From Pseudovirgaria hyperparasitica (Eukaryota), in assembly GCA_010093815.1 (NCBI GenBank), contig ML996571.1: a stretch of DNA of 64,000 nt; one strand, 5' to 3'. Numbering within the stretch: position 1 is the first letter of the stretch; every line of letters starts with the position of its first letter. The notes beneath the pieces are model-generated. The model was not told the DNA's origin and made no database searches. It saw only the letters and a program-made list of their open reading frames with translations. Position numbers and translations under genes: made by a program. Shown in pieces: positions 38,814 to 52,828 of this stretch.

Positions 38814-39324
38814 AATCGCGTAAAGTTAGATATTGGAGAGGTCGTGAGCTTCATATCGCAGCCGAGTCGCTGGATTCAGCAGCACGTGAGCGGAGTAGCG
38901 AAGCCTGCGGCAAGTGAAAGGGACAGATGGCGTTGTTGAACTACTGAAGGAAGCTGAAGATAAAGCCACCTTGAAGTCACCGAGCTTGCATGCGCATAGA
39001 CGCGTGCTATAGACGCGCGCTAGAGCTAAGCGCGTGTGGCGTGCCCCTCACTCATGCAGTTATGGTTTTTCTGGCCTGAGGCTGCATGACCTGTGATTTG
39101 TATCAATCCATCTCCATATTTGTCAATGACTCGCCCTCTTCCAACAACATGAGTTTTGTACGACTTCGTTTCATTGCATTCCGCGGCATAGAGGCTACTT
39201 AGACGGTTTACACCTAGTGCGACCACGTATTGCATAAATCTAGTCTGCTCGGCTTTTCGTTCGCCTTCTGAAATTGGCACTCTGCGGCCATACAACTTTC
39301 GATTCATTCTTCCCTAACCTAGCT

Positions 39325-41209
39325 ATGCTTCCTGGCGATGACAGTTCTGCAACGGTGACAGAACAGTCTTCCCTGCTACACCAATCGAGACCATCATCCA
39401 GATCCAGTACCGGTACAATTGCGAATGGCCAAGATGCGGGAGGAGCGAGCTTCCAAGATCCTCAGGTTGAGAAAATTACAAGCATGACTGCGACTGAATC
39501 TGTCATAGTTTGTATCTCTATTGGAGTCTTGATGTTCCTTCTAACGTCGAATATGTCGATGATCACCACCATTCAATCCGCGATAGCTACTGATCTCGAC
39601 GCGTTTGAGGAAGCTGAGTGGTTTACAACTGCATATATGGTGACTATGTCTGTTATATCACCTTTGATGGGCCGATTAAGCCAGACGTTTTCTCCGCGCA
39701 TTTGCATGGTCGCAGCAAGTGTATTAATGGGAGTCGGATCTATCATTACTGGGGCATCGTCAACAGCCCGTGTATTCCTTTTCGGCAGGGCAATTACTGG
39801 TCTCGGCGCTGGAGGAACAATGACTGGCGCCACGATTATCATCATTCACCTGGCTCCTGTAGCTACTAGAGGCGTATGGCTGGGAGCGGCTGCGTCAGTT
39901 ATGACGGTCGGTCTCTCCTTGGGAGCTGTTATCGCTGGCGGACTAGAACCATATGTTGGATGGGTATGTAAATGTACCAACTTGGAAAGCGATGAGCTTC
40001 GTACTAAGCCATGATAGAATTACCTTTTCGGGATGCAGGCACCAATAAGTTTTGTTCCCGGTCTTTGTCTATTTTTCTTTTTGCCCACTCACACAGGCCT
40101 CAACCACAAAAGAGTAGCTTTGAAGCGCCGCCTGCAAAACATAGATTACCTAGGCGCTATAACATTGGTTAGTTGCCAATTGCGGGCATATAGTACCAAC
40201 TGACCATTGCACTCAGGCTGTTGGGATCACCATGTTCTTGATCGGCGTATCAGGACGAAGCATTCTGCTCGTGCCAACATTGTCGTCATTACCTGCTTTC
40301 ATGATATTCGTGTTCGTAGAACGCTTCTTCGCCGTTGAGCCCATTATACCTCTCAGTGTACTGAAGTCTCGAGGTGCACTTCTGACGAGCCTCGCTACCC
40401 TCGGTTTCATGATGTCACGCTGGGCAATCTTGTTCTACACGCCTGTATACGCGATCGCTGTGCGTAACAGATCACCCGCCGTGGCTGGCTTGATCCTGAT
40501 ACCGACCAACGCTGGCTTCGGGCTTGGAGGACTGCTATCAGGATGGTTTCACATTCGGCGCGAGGGCAGTTTCTATATGTGAGTTAGGGACGCAGGCCAC
40601 GTATCTGGGCTGCTGACTCACAATCGCAGACCTTCACTCGTCAGCATGGCGATTTTTCCGGCCACCATGCTTGCTATTGCACTCATCTCCACTCCTACCT
40701 CCCCCAATGCTCTATATGTAGCCTTCCTGTTTTTGAACGGCCTGGCCACAGGCTGCGTAGTGAATTACACGCTTGTCCATGTGCTTCACCTTCTTCCCAA
40801 AGAGGTACATCCAATCATGATGTCACTCGTGGCAACTTTCCGTGGGCTTGCAGGCTCATTTGGCAGTGCTGTTGGTGGTGGTCTATTCCTGCGGATACTT
40901 GCATCTTCTTTAGATGATGGTTTCAAGAAACATGGTATCTCTGGTCGAGAGGATCTAATCAAACGCCTCCTTGGGAGTCCCGCAACAGTACAGCAGCTTG
41001 TGGGGAAAGAGCGGCAGATCGCATTAGCCAGTTATGTCGTCGGTCTTCGAGGACTCTTCCTTGCTGGCGTTGGATTGAGTGCCGTTATGGTATTCTTGCA
41101 GGCGGGGACAGGTTGGACAGGGTATCACGAGAAAAACCAGCTCCTGACTCGATCAGACATCGATGGCGACGAGATACATGTTGAGGAATCCCTTCTCGGG
41201 ACATCGTAA
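39325..41209 (+). CDS. MFS transporter (DHA2/Vba-like); introns ~39964-40017, ~40168-40216, ~40579-40629
   Basis: TEQSSLL N-terminal dileucine-type motif; ITTIQSAIATDL; PLMGRLSQTFSPR; FLFGRAITGLGAGG; AVEPIIPL; many TM segments. Confidence 0.88.
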
Positions 41210-42601
41210 GTGTAAGCACTATACCTCAATCTTGCGAGCATATTTAGCGACGTATAACAGATTGTGGTCAAAATATAGACAAAAATGTGGCCAATTCTGT
41301 CGGGCCTGTTGCTCGTTTCGGCAAATTCGCATCATCCGAGCATTTTCTCTACTTACAGGGTAATAACGAGCTTAGCATCAAAGTCTATAACGTTGAATGT
41401 AAGAGCCTACTGCGCTTGAGCATACACCAGGGAAGGTAGGTAAGGATATCCATGTGTGACTTTTTTGGTTAGGGCATACGGTTCTCGCGGCGTAGATACT
41501 GATCCCGCTCCGTAACACTGGTATCCAAGTAAAGCTTCCGCTGGTCCAAAACAAGATCACCACTGTTAAGTAAGAGAGCTTCGCTTCGACTATCACCGAC
41601 AAGTAACGATTTCAACAGCCCTAAGCTCATCACGATCCGCTGCCTTACCCTACGACTGCCGCAGATAACATCCTACTCGCCGAACCGGCTCCCGAAAGAT
41701 TTTGAAGCACGAAATTATGTACACATTCCGCCGTACAGTTCAACAGCTGGGCTCTACGCCGGCTTGAGTCCCATCGCACTTAGTCAGAATCTGACCATGA
41801 ATGGCGAGGGTTTGCAGATATCATGACCCTATTTGCTTGAGTGTTCTCTGGTCTTTGATGGAGGACCGATAGGAGGGCATATACACCTCATAGTTACTAA
41901 CGAAAATGGTTTCACCTGAGCCCTGCTTTGGCTGTTGAAACATTTGAGGCTAGTCATGGAAGAGATCAATTCTAATCAGTCCTATAGTCTGAACATCTTC
42001 GTGAGCCCCAATGCCACCTTTTACTCAAAGGAGCGTTATTGAAGTACGCGAGAGTCAATTTAGACATGGAAGGCTGACATATTAACTACATAAAGGCGTT
42101 GGGACAAACCAATCGGAAGATGGAATTATTGAAATGACTCGTAAGTATTCTGGTGCGCGTATGGTGCACATCCAACTCAATTTTCGTTTCCAGTCACTAC
42201 GCCGCAATTGCTGGGTATGTGCAAGGAGCTTAGTGCATGCCGACCATTTCAAATCGATTATTCGCCAATCATTGCCCTTTGTCAAGTCGAAGATCGCTCA
42301 CATCACAGATAGGTACCGTACCGCCTCCTAGGCGCGTTGGTGCCTCCCCTGCACTACATCTGAACTTATGGCCACGGCAGATGCCAACTATCATCATATC
42401 ACACAGATTTATTCATGGTATGGTAGGGATGCCCTAACGAAGATGGTCCGCATTCGATGTTTTCGCTCTCTATATGTTAACTACTCTTCTCGTCCTGAAG
42501 ATGTGTTCAAAGGCCTCGACTGGACCCATATCAATCCCGCTTGATGGCTACCAGAGCCTGAATTCTCTAAGGACACGTGTAAAGGACAAACACACAAATC
42601 C

Positions 42602-44621
42602 ATGGCTCTCACAGAAGAAGATGAGGCCAAAGAGGTCAGATGCTCATCACCGACAAGGCATGCAAAACGTAGTCCCAAACGACTAACGTACGTTATATCA
42701 ATGTCGTCTCATGTTTGGTAATAAAGCTAACATATATTTCAGCTGTGTTCCATGCAGAGAACGAAAGGTCCGCTGCGATAGAGCATTCCCAAAATGCGGG
42801 CGATGCTCACACCTAGGTCACAATGGTGTGTATCGTCCAAGATCTAGCAATCGAGCAAACCAGGTTGCTTTGATCAGCCAACTGCAGGAGCGCATGTCCC
42901 AGGCAGAAGCACGACTTGCTTTGCGAGCATATGGAGCATCTTTCGGCTCTGATCATGCACACAATGCCTCAGTCACTGGTATCTTTATGGAGCCCACTGT
43001 CCAATGTTATCCTCAGCACAGTGTACCGATCGAAAGACAACACAGCGGCCCACCATTTGTTTCCACAGATATATATCCCATACCGAGCAGTTCCAGCACT
43101 ACAGACTCCGCCATTTATTCAGATCTAAAGTCGACGGCTTTTAGACTTGGGGATTTTGAGCAAGCGTTCGTCCAACCAGCCTTGCCTCCAGTTTCGAGTT
43201 CCGAGGTGGTCGTTGCACCACATGACACATATCGCAGCCAATGGTCAAATCTGTCACCATCGTTCCATTCAAGAAGTTCATCTGAGGCTTCAGACATTTC
43301 GATTACTTCCGAAGACCTCGTTGCTCTTCATCAAATATTCTTCGAAAGTCTAGAAGCATCATTTCCAATCATATCGCGAAACCGGTTCTATTGCGAGATT
43401 CGGAATTCACCCGCGGATCCATCCATTCAAGCACTGAGCTATGCTATTGCCCTCATGACCATATCAGTGACTGGAACGCAGCTGTACCCTGAGAAAGGCT
43501 TCTACCTACGAGCTCGTCGCCTCCTAGATGAAAGTGAAATCTATGGCGATGGGAGATCACTGGCAAACTTGAATATCTTACAAACTTTGATCATTCTACT
43601 ACGCTACGAGATTGGTAGCCAGCGTAATGCCAGTTCGTGTCTGACTGCGGCTCGAGCGACTCAGTTAGTCAAGATGATGCGTCTATCACAAATTGATTCT
43701 CGAGAGTTGTTGTCAGGATACAAAGCTCGGTATCCTGATGTGTCGCTACCCCTAGCGAATGACCCAATAGAGCTTGAAGAGAGACGCCGTTGCTTCTGGG
43801 CGCTCTACGTAATGGAGGGCTATCGTAATATCATCAACGGAGATACTGACAAGATCTTGGACGAATCTACGGTAAGCCTCCCGACCACGTCACTCTTATC
43901 ATACTAATCCCACACCTAGCCTCTAGTATGCCTTCCCTCTCCCGGTGCTCTCGACAGCTCATTCATCCCTATCCAAATGCCCTATCTCCACGACGCCCCT
44001 TCAAATCTTACCCCGTCCGCCCTTTCTCACTTCACCGCAACGATTCTCACCACCCACCTCACCCTTCGAATTCTCACCCACGCCTCTCAACCTCCAAGTA
44101 CCTTCTGGTGGAACCACCACCACGACCTCGTCGCCCGCTTCAACTCCATCGGCGCCCTCCTTCACAATCACTCCGACGTCGACGCTCCATACGCCGACCA
44201 AACCACTCTCGAACTTCACCTGATCCTCTCCACGCTCGACTCCCACCTGCACGCCGTCGCTCTAGCTGCAAGCGCGCTGACAGAAATCGCCGCCGTCGTC
44301 AGCGAGGAAAGCAGGCGGCGCCTCGGCGACAGTGCGTTACGGATGGCGAGTGTTGTGCGTGCGAAGTGGTGCCATCGCCTGGATTTGCGGGCGGATCTGC
44401 AGCAGGATAGTACTCGCCAGGGCTCGCAATCGCAAGCTTGTGCGCTGTCGCTGGGCGCGATGTTCTTGCCGTGGGCTCTGAACACGGCAGTGAGGATGCT
44501 GCGGACGTTGGGTGTGGATGATGGGGATGCCCAGGTGGGCGAAGGCGTGCAAGTGCTGCTTGCGGCGCTAGACAATGTTGAAGAGAGAAGTGGGCCGTGG
44601 CATCAGTCACTAAGGACGTAG
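42602..44621 (+). CDS. Fungal Zn(II)2Cys6-type transcription factor with Fungal_trans middle region; sixth Cys replaced by Gly; introns 42688-42742 and ~43872-43927
   Basis: CVPCRERKVRCDRAFPKCGRCSHLGHNGVY; FPIISRNRF; ELEERRRCFWALYVME. Confidence 0.85.
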
Positions 44622-45173
44622 GTTGCTCTTTGTTGGGGATGACGAAAGTCGCAGAGCGTAAGTGGCTGTAGCATACATAGATCGCAAGATTTGTGTTCTG
44701 GTGACTACCTTATCATTCATTCTGTATCTGAACATTGCATGGTTCTGGCAGTATAGCGTTTACAATGTAATCGAAGAGGCGCACCAAGCCTGGCTCATAT
44801 GTGAAGTGTGAATCATTTGTTACTCAATGATGTGATGAGATCTGACCCAGGTCTACCACAGCCCGTCGTATATATGCGGTCTCACAGGTCCAAGTCACAA
44901 ACATATCGGTTTGATCGTCATGCAATTGTCTCGACTCAGGATGCCCGAGTGAGAGCCAATGAGTATCTTATAAAGTCTAGATAAAGTCCTCAGAGCGAAG
45001 CCGCCGTGACTTTTGGCCACGCTGACTTCTTCACATTCAAGGTGCTTTCAAATGCACCTCCCTGCGCACGCTATGTTGATTGCGCTTATGGCAAAAAGCC
45101 TCTGCGCCCAGTATCGTCAATCCCACGTAGTTCTTTCAGCATCCCATTTAACATCCATCAGCTCGTGAATCAT

Positions 45174-46070
45174 CTACAAGTCAGCATCATCCTCATCGGG
45201 AAGAGGCATCTGAGCTGCGTCGGCCATCTCCTTCTGGTACTGCTCCATAACAGCCTGGTCAACGGCGACCTCTGGTGGGGCCAAAGCTGGGGCAGCAACG
45301 AATTCCTGGACATCAATCAGTACTTGCTACGATAGCCCATTAAGTTGCATTTACTTACAAGACTCTGGTTACCAACAAGCTTGCGGGCAAGCCACAGGAA
45401 AGGCTTCTCGAAGTTGTAGTTGGACTTCGCGGAGATGTCATAGTACTGGAGATTTTTCTTGCGGTGGAAAACAATCGTCTTTGCCTTCACTTTGCGCTCC
45501 TTAACATCAACCTTGTTTCCAGTCAAGACGATTGGAATGTTCTCGCAGACACGGACCAGGTCACCTGCGACGCGATCTTTAGTGTTCACTCTATACGCCC
45601 ATTCGTCGTTACTTACGGTGCCAGTTTGGAACGTTCTTGTAAGTGATACGAGATGTGACGTCAAACATAATGATGCCGCATTGCCCGTTTATGTAGTATC
45701 CATCACGAAGACCGCCGAATTTTTCTTGACCAGCGGTGTCCCAGACGTCAAATTGGATCTGTCCGAGGTTCTGTAAAGGTCAGTGATAAGTCGCATATGT
45801 AAGACTCGGAGGAGAATTACGGTGGTGAAACCAAGAGGGTGAACTTCGACGCCCAGAGTCGCAATGTATTTCTTCTCGAATTCTCCCGTCAAATGACGCT
45901 TTACGAAGGTGGTCTGCGGGGCAATGATTCGTTAGTTATAGGCCTGGGTATTTCAAATGATATTTCAGGATGCGCCTGCTGCACATCCAGAGAGTCAATC
46001 TTACCTTTCCAGTACCACCGTCGCCGACAAGGACGAGCTTGAAGGTTGGGACGCCCGTGCCTTCAGTCAT
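45174..46070 (-). CDS. GSP1: Ran GTPase (Gsp1/Spi1), multi-exon; probable additional 5'-UTR intron 46104-46174
   Basis: [83 protein letters not shown]; acidic tail PDEDDADL*. Confidence 0.97.
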
Positions 46071-46584
46071 TATGTTGAGTCGTCGGAGGACGAAAGATAC
46101 TTGCTGCAGAATGAGGATTAGGCCAATTTCAGAACAGAGAGAAGGAAGATTTGGTTAGGAAAGGAAAGGCGTACTGTTCAAAGAGAGATGTTCCAATGCT
46201 TGTCGGGTCGTAAAAAAGTTGCAAGTGGTGGGGAGCGGGACTGGTGGACGAAGGTGGGAGGTGTAGTGTGTGATGATCGTGGGGCGAGAGGAACTAAGGA
46301 CGAAAACGAAATTGTTGTTTGGTGGCTGTTGCCGGGCGGTGACAGGCTCTTGGCTTCTTATATAAGCCACGCACGTGACCATACCCAAGGCAGAACACCT
46401 CACATTTCTAAGCCATGGCTGCCTAGCGAACTAGCGAGGTTTCTTTCATTCCATTTTTTAGGCATTGCCCAAACCACAGCCTGTACTACTATCATACACC
46501 TTGCTAAGACCTGTCCATGTGGCTAAAACTCCATTCCATGCGCGCCACGAAGGCGATTACTTATCGGCAGACTACGTTTCGCGA

Positions 46585-47468
46585 CTACACTGGTAGAAGA
46601 TGACATCCTAAGAGTCCCCGCCCTCCCCAATCGCGCCGCGGTGTCAACTGGACTGAGACCCGCTCGCCGGTTCGAGACAGTTCCACTTGTATGGGTCTCT
46701 GCAGAAGATATTAGCCACGCTCGCTGTCCATGCCTAGAAACAGGGCGATTTGGCATGCGCGCGCGCAAGATAGTGTGCAGACGTACTCCTTCACTACTAG
46801 CAACTGCTTCTGCCACCTTGGCTAGCTTTTCATGGTTCGCCCAATTTACTGAGCCGAACTGTGTTATCAAGTCACCCACTTTCATCCCAGTTTCATCCGC
46901 GGGGCTGCCAGAGACCACACTGTTTACTTTTGCGAAAGGGATGCCTGTAGTACTGCCCTGAATGTCTGGTGCGCTTGGTGCACTTGCTGCGACTGGTCGA
47001 CTGCTAGGAGGAGTGGAGGAGCCATTCTGAGTGATCTGGTTGGCGTGATGCGCATGGAGTCCCTTCTCTATACGACTCATGAGATCTTTGTAGTCGTTAC
47101 GTAGGTGTATTATTCGTGCTCTGGTAGTTCGTACTATGATCCTGTAAGCAGAGGTTCGAGGCTCTGCTGAGAAAAGGAAGACCGTACTCTGGGCAACATC
47201 AATATCACTTCTGGGAAAGCCGTCGAAGGTGGTGAGACCAGTGTTCATGTTTACGCTATGCTATATTCTTGTCAGTCCTGACACGCAACGAAGCCTCTTC
47301 TAGGCTCACAGAGTCCAGAACTGATCCAAGCGTAGAGAGCTCTGCCTCCACTCGCTCTTTCTCGTTGATCAGCTGCAGAAGAGACAGTTTGTCTTTGTTG
47401 ACTCCATTCGAAGAGTCTTGCACAGTTACCGGTCCCGACGGAACTGTGGGCGTATGTATATCATCCAT
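46585..47468 (-). CDS. NAS2: 26S proteasome assembly chaperone Nas2/p27 (Nas2_N plus PDZ), multi-exon
   Basis: MNTGLTTFDGFPRSDIDVAQ; RTTRARIIHLRNDYK; PFAKVNSVVSGSPADETGMKVGD; C-terminus LTPRRDWGGRGLLGCHLLPV*. Confidence 0.93.
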
Positions 47469-48174
47469 CCGTAGATTGGTGTTGGTTGAAGCCGTAAAAC
47501 AGTTGCTGTGTTGAGATGCGCATGAATTCGAAGCTTGGTAGCTGCTGAAGGAGGGGAGGGGTATCCACAAGAAGCTCCAGCTGAGGGTGGAACACTATAA
47601 GACTCGGTCTAGCCCAAGTAGGTAGAACTAGCAACATGGATGAATAACAATTAGAGGCGTGAGGTTGTCACTTCGTTCTTCTTTCTAGGATCCTTTCGTA
47701 CACACGTTCTGCTATCCTCACCCTGCGCGTCATGTCGCAGACTCACAGCTTAGAGGTCTCGAGATAGCGTACTTCTAAAACTATATGTGCACTGTCGCAC
47801 AGCCAATTCGTCCGAGAATACATTATCGGATCTGATTTGCACGTGGCACGGAAGATGCGAGATGATTCGAAACATTCTCACCCGTACTGAATGGCACCAG
47901 TACTCAATGGTGCAATTGAACAGACGCCTCGTTCCTGGACCATTTGAAATGATGCGATGAGCCGATCGCAATTGCTATTAAGAACCAGTATCATGTTGTT
48001 CTTTCCACTCACGCATAATCAGCAGCGCATCCATGACCTTCAGATCGCAAAAGCTTTCCATAGGTCGGCATACCTACCTTCGTGCGCCAGACAAGCTTGT
48101 CATCTTAACTTAATGTCATCTTCTGTTTTCTCGCATTGTCATACTTAAGCCTGGTGCTAAACACAGATACCGTT

Positions 48175-51100
48175 ATGGCTTACATCCTCTCATTGCCGCC
48201 ATTGAGTCCCTTGAAACGATCATTCAGCGACACGTCCTACATCAAGACCGGCTCACCTAGGACAACTTCACCTTTAGTAGATGATACCTCAACGATTCGT
48301 CATTTTCCCGCACGCAATGTTTCAGGCTCTTCCCTTCTATCACTGACATCTATACAATTATCTTCGTGGACTCCAACGAAAGAGAATGTCTCTCCACGAC
48401 CGCAAGACCACAATGTACTTGACTTGCTTCAGGACCTCAAAACGCGGGATTCTGCGCGACGACATTCCCAGAACATACCGCGGAAGCCCATCTGGGTAAT
48501 TGGGCGCCATCCTCATCCGGAGCGCACTTCCAGCTTACCCAGTCCCGGACGATCATCTAGTGTCTCGAACGGCGCCGAACAGAGCTTTGCTCGTCCGATT
48601 GTTGGATCGAGAGCAGAAGAAATTGAAGACATTCTAGCCAGCCTTGACGAGTCATGCGGGCCATTCAGTGAAGGTTCTTCACTGTCTTCCTCCTGCTCGA
48701 AAACCCACATATCCTCTTGCGATACAAGTACCTATCATGACACTGTACCTGAGCAAGTCGTACCAATACAGACACATTTCCGCCGATGGATGAGTACCCT
48801 CCGAAGGCGTAAGATTGACAACGAAGTGCTGCCAGGTGGATCATCGACCTGTGAGTCTGAAGTATCTCGCGCTCTAGTATTGAATAGAAAACTATGTAAT
48901 CGATCTCTCAGGCTCCCTCAAGCAACTCATGAAAAAAGTCTTTCTCTATCATCGTCCATGGGATTCGTCACAACTGTCAAATCAGCATCGATCACCCTTG
49001 CAAGCACACATCGCCCTCCATGGGCTACAGGAAACCGGTCGATCAATAGCAGGCGTGACAATAGTGGAATTGAGAATGGTGACGCTAGAATCTCCACGGA
49101 AAGTACGCCCGCTCAACGTACTCCCCTCATGGATGAGCGATCCTGGGATCGAGCACGGAAAAGAGGAGAAATCCTTTCCGAGCTTCTGGCTACGGAGGAG
49201 AGCTACATCAGCGATATGAAAGCTCTCGTCAATGTACGCAGACGAACTACACTTATACCCCTGCTCATACTGATCAGTCATCCAGGTATACTTCACCCTA
49301 CTAGCATCAATTCCATCATTCTCCACAGAAACTCGTCGATCATTCCACAGGAATGTCGCACAGATCATCCAGCTACACGAAGATCTACTGCGTGACCTCC
49401 ATGCAGCAATTCCAGGATCTGAAAGTATCAAGGACGTAGCGAAGCCTTCCCTCACCACATGCAGAAGGCCGAAACACGTTCGATGGAAGAGCGCTGAAGC
49501 AGTGTCTGAAAGAGAAGTGTTTAGGAAGCTCGGACGAGTACAGAGACACTCGATTGATATCAGAGTAGGGTCCAATGAAAGACAGAAGCAAGTTGTCGAT
49601 ACGATCACTGCAGGTAGTGTTGCAAAAGTCTTCAACAAATATGTTCGTATCGATACACGAGTCTAGGACTTTCTAACCCTCTCGTCCCGGTCAGTAACTG
49701 ACCAGCACGTAGATGAAACGATTTTTTGCGTACGAGCAATATGTCGCACACTTTGAGGAGATGAAGAAGGACATGGAGCAAAGCAGGGAAAATGTACCAT
49801 TGTCTGACTATGAGAGAGGCATAGAAGCACTCTCGACTGCCCTGCTCTCTCTGAATCACCGTGGATCTGAAAGTCGAAAGGGGCTTACAGTGCAAGACCT
49901 TTTCATAAAGGTATGCTGAACGAAAGCCACTATCCGAACAACGAGTCACTGATTGGGATATTCAGCCTGTACAGCGCGTGACTAAGCTATGTCTCATGTT
50001 AGAGACCCTTTCGAAGCAGACACCAGTCTATGATGATCCGGAGTCACATGCGGAACTTGAGAAAGCGCTCTTCCGAATGCGGGAAACGAATAGAGAGATA
50101 GACAGAGCTACGAATAATCCTGCGGCCAGAAAGCTTATGGAGATATCGTGGATTTTGCAAGATAGATTTGATTTCGAGCACCAGGTAGTACCGAATCAGT
50201 GCGACAGCGTGAGTGTGTGCTGACACAGTCTTATAGACCTTGTCCAAGCCCATAATTTTCAGCCTCCTTGGCCATGTAATGCTTTGTGGTGTTCTACACA
50301 TTGCATACCAAGCGAATGACCGAGTATTGGGACAATACATGATTTGCGCATTGTATAGATCATGCCTAATTCTTGCAACGCCGAATCGGTCGTTTTCGTC
50401 GTACAGTGTTGTCGCGGCGATTGCTTTGGCAGGTGGTTCACTCGAAGAAGCCGACAACGGGAAGGGTACGTTACGATAACACTTGGGTTAGGTATTGGAC
50501 ATAGCTAACAGCCCTAAAAGGTCTCCAGTGTTACACTGCCGCCTTTACATGGAAGTTAGTCTTCGAATCCGAACACAAGCTGTACGAGATAGTTATGAGT
50601 GCTTGTTCAGCAGAAGAGGAAGAGCAATGGCGGCGAAATCTTCGGGAACGCATCGCATCAGAGAATCATGATTTCGCGGAGGGCCGACTCTCCGTACAAG
50701 ATATCTTTGCTTGTCGTCACCTCGATCTCAAGTCATTGGGATCCGTATTCGGACAAGCCGAAAGCTTCGTGCGGCGACTGTCAGTCCATCGAGCTCAAAC
50801 ACTTGGTCCTCGGATAAACATTCATCAGGTTATAATCAAGAATACACAAGCTCGTAAACTGTCAGATCCTGGACAGCCAACGGTACAAATACCAGTAGCG
50901 AGGTCGCATTCCCTTTTGTCAACAAACAATGTGCCTATTCTGACACCCCGAAGAGCAGAGCGTGTTCGACTAGAGAATGCTCTTGTAGACGTCTGGACGA
51001 AAGAGGTCTTGCCATATCCTGGTATGTCCGGCCGTCGCAGCGAAAATTCCATCCGAGCTTCTGCCAATGCTGTGATGCGAAAAATGAGTATGGCTAGCCT

Positions 51101-51623
51101 CACGAGCAACTTCTCCAAGAGGTCTGCCAGCGTCAACAATTTGAGTCGACGCCGGGCGGAAGATGCTTTGAGAAGCGGGCGGAAGACTTCACCGCCTGTC
51201 CTGGGTTCGTCACATAGCATAGCTGGGAAGCGGCCCAGTCCCCCTCATGTGGACTTCCATAACGATCCATTGAGATTCTTACCCGCCGACTTCGACCTTG
51301 CAGATAGGCGGCATAATAGAATCCAGAAGTCGAACAGAGTGACTAGTAATCGTCACAGTATACGGTCTTCAAGAAGAGTGTCTAGACCAACGTCTTTCAT
51401 TGCTGGTCGCAATCGGCCTCGATCAGATATATCGATGGCAATAGAGGCCTCCAGCACGTCTCTTTCGGCATACACATTCTCAACACCGCCGAACGACAAG
51501 ACATGTACCGAAAGCGAGTGGATGAAACCCAAACATAAAGCACCATCGGGTAGTTCCGGCCTTGGTACTATTTCGAAAACAATTCGCAAACAGAAGAGTC
51601 GGTTCTGGAAATTCCTGCCCTGA
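48175..51623 (+). CDS. Rho guanine nucleotide exchange factor (DH plus PH-like), multi-exon; start may lie in an upstream exon
   Basis: ILSELLATEESYISDMKAL; LTVQDLFIK-PVQRV; LLGHVMLCGVLHIAY; GLQCYTAAFTWKLVFE; MSACSAEEEEQW; acceptor-like gctaaacacag just before the ATG. Confidence 0.85.
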
Positions 51624-52353
51624 TACAATGGTATACTCAAGGGTCCAGGCCTAAGACCTGCACAAGATCATGTCATAACGGTGAACCTTCACGACTCGAC
51701 TCGAGTTTATGTTTGGTACTCCGAGGAAGGTCGCCGATCAAGATCTACGCAACGGCTGGATCTGCAAGGTACAGCCGCGCTGTCCCGAACCTTGTCGTGC
51801 CTTGTATGGTGTTGAAGTCTGTCCGTGCACGGGAGGTATGTTTTACGATGGCGTCACGCATTCTACAGCTTGCATGCTTGACTAGGATATTCTTGCGCGT
51901 GGACGGTGGAATATCTCTCGGAATTTGGATGCTCGTAATCCTACTAGCATGACAAGCAAACAGATACAAACGCAAATAATACTCTTACTCCAGCATGCAA
52001 CGTACCGCTTGTGAGCACCTTGAATGACTATTGTGGTGTTATTGAACGGACTTGATACCACTACTGGCATGTTGTTGTAGATGTTCAGATGGTGGCCCGT
52101 GATGCCATCCATGCGTTGGCACCGTGATTGCTGCAACCTTGTGTTGATAGAGGGGGAGCTTGGGGGAATGACGTAACTTGCGCGCGTGCCAACTGGAGGA
52201 CTGGGCGGCAGCAGCTTCGAGAGCTCTCATAAAGCTCGCCAGTCCGCAACTCCTACACTGAATATCGTCCAACTCCATTGCTCCTCGCACAAACACATCC
52301 CAAGCCGAACCACTCTACAATTCAATCTCACCCATTCAGATACTTCCATCATC

Positions 52354-52828
52354 ATGCCTCGTGGTAATGCTACCCAGACCAGAGTTCACTACAAGGGACA
52401 AGAAGATGACTTCGTGATTCTTGTCGACGATGCCAAGGCTGTCGAGGACTGGAAGACCGACAAGACTATACCGTTGGCTCAGGTAGTCAGTGGCTGGAAG
52501 GTCTTCGTCACTCACAAGTCAGTACAATTACGTTCTCGAGTTGCGTTGACTGCCGTGTCGTGTTAACGCATGCATACCGTAGGCATGGCAACCAAGGTAT
52601 CCTTGACACAGCCTCCAACTCAGCGCTCGACAACGAGTTCGGCACACACAAGGATGATGAAGTTGTGAAGTTGATACTGGAGAAAGGCACTGTTCTTGAG
52701 AATGAGGTAGGTTCTCTGCGAGACTATGCATTTGATCTCACCACAAGAGTCATGTACTGATAAGGCGCCAGAATGCCGAGAGACAGGGCGAGAAGAACAT
52801 CACGCAGGGCGGAACTGTTGCTCACTAG
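52354..52828 (+). CDS. RTC3: Rtc3/SDO1-like protein (SBDS N-terminal domain only), 2 introns
   Basis: MPRGNATQTRVHYKG..DDFVI; IPLAQVVSGWKVFVTHKHGNQG; LDNEFGT; ILEKG. Confidence 0.88.

Noticed and set aside
41380..42560. Possible pseudogene between the MFS and TF genes
   Set aside because: Only short ORFs; I could not recognise any protein family. A tBLASTx search would be needed.
39325..44621. MFS transporter plus Zn-cluster TF as a secondary-metabolite cluster
   Set aside because: No PKS, NRPS, terpene synthase or tailoring genes nearby; flanked by HRD3 and Ran.
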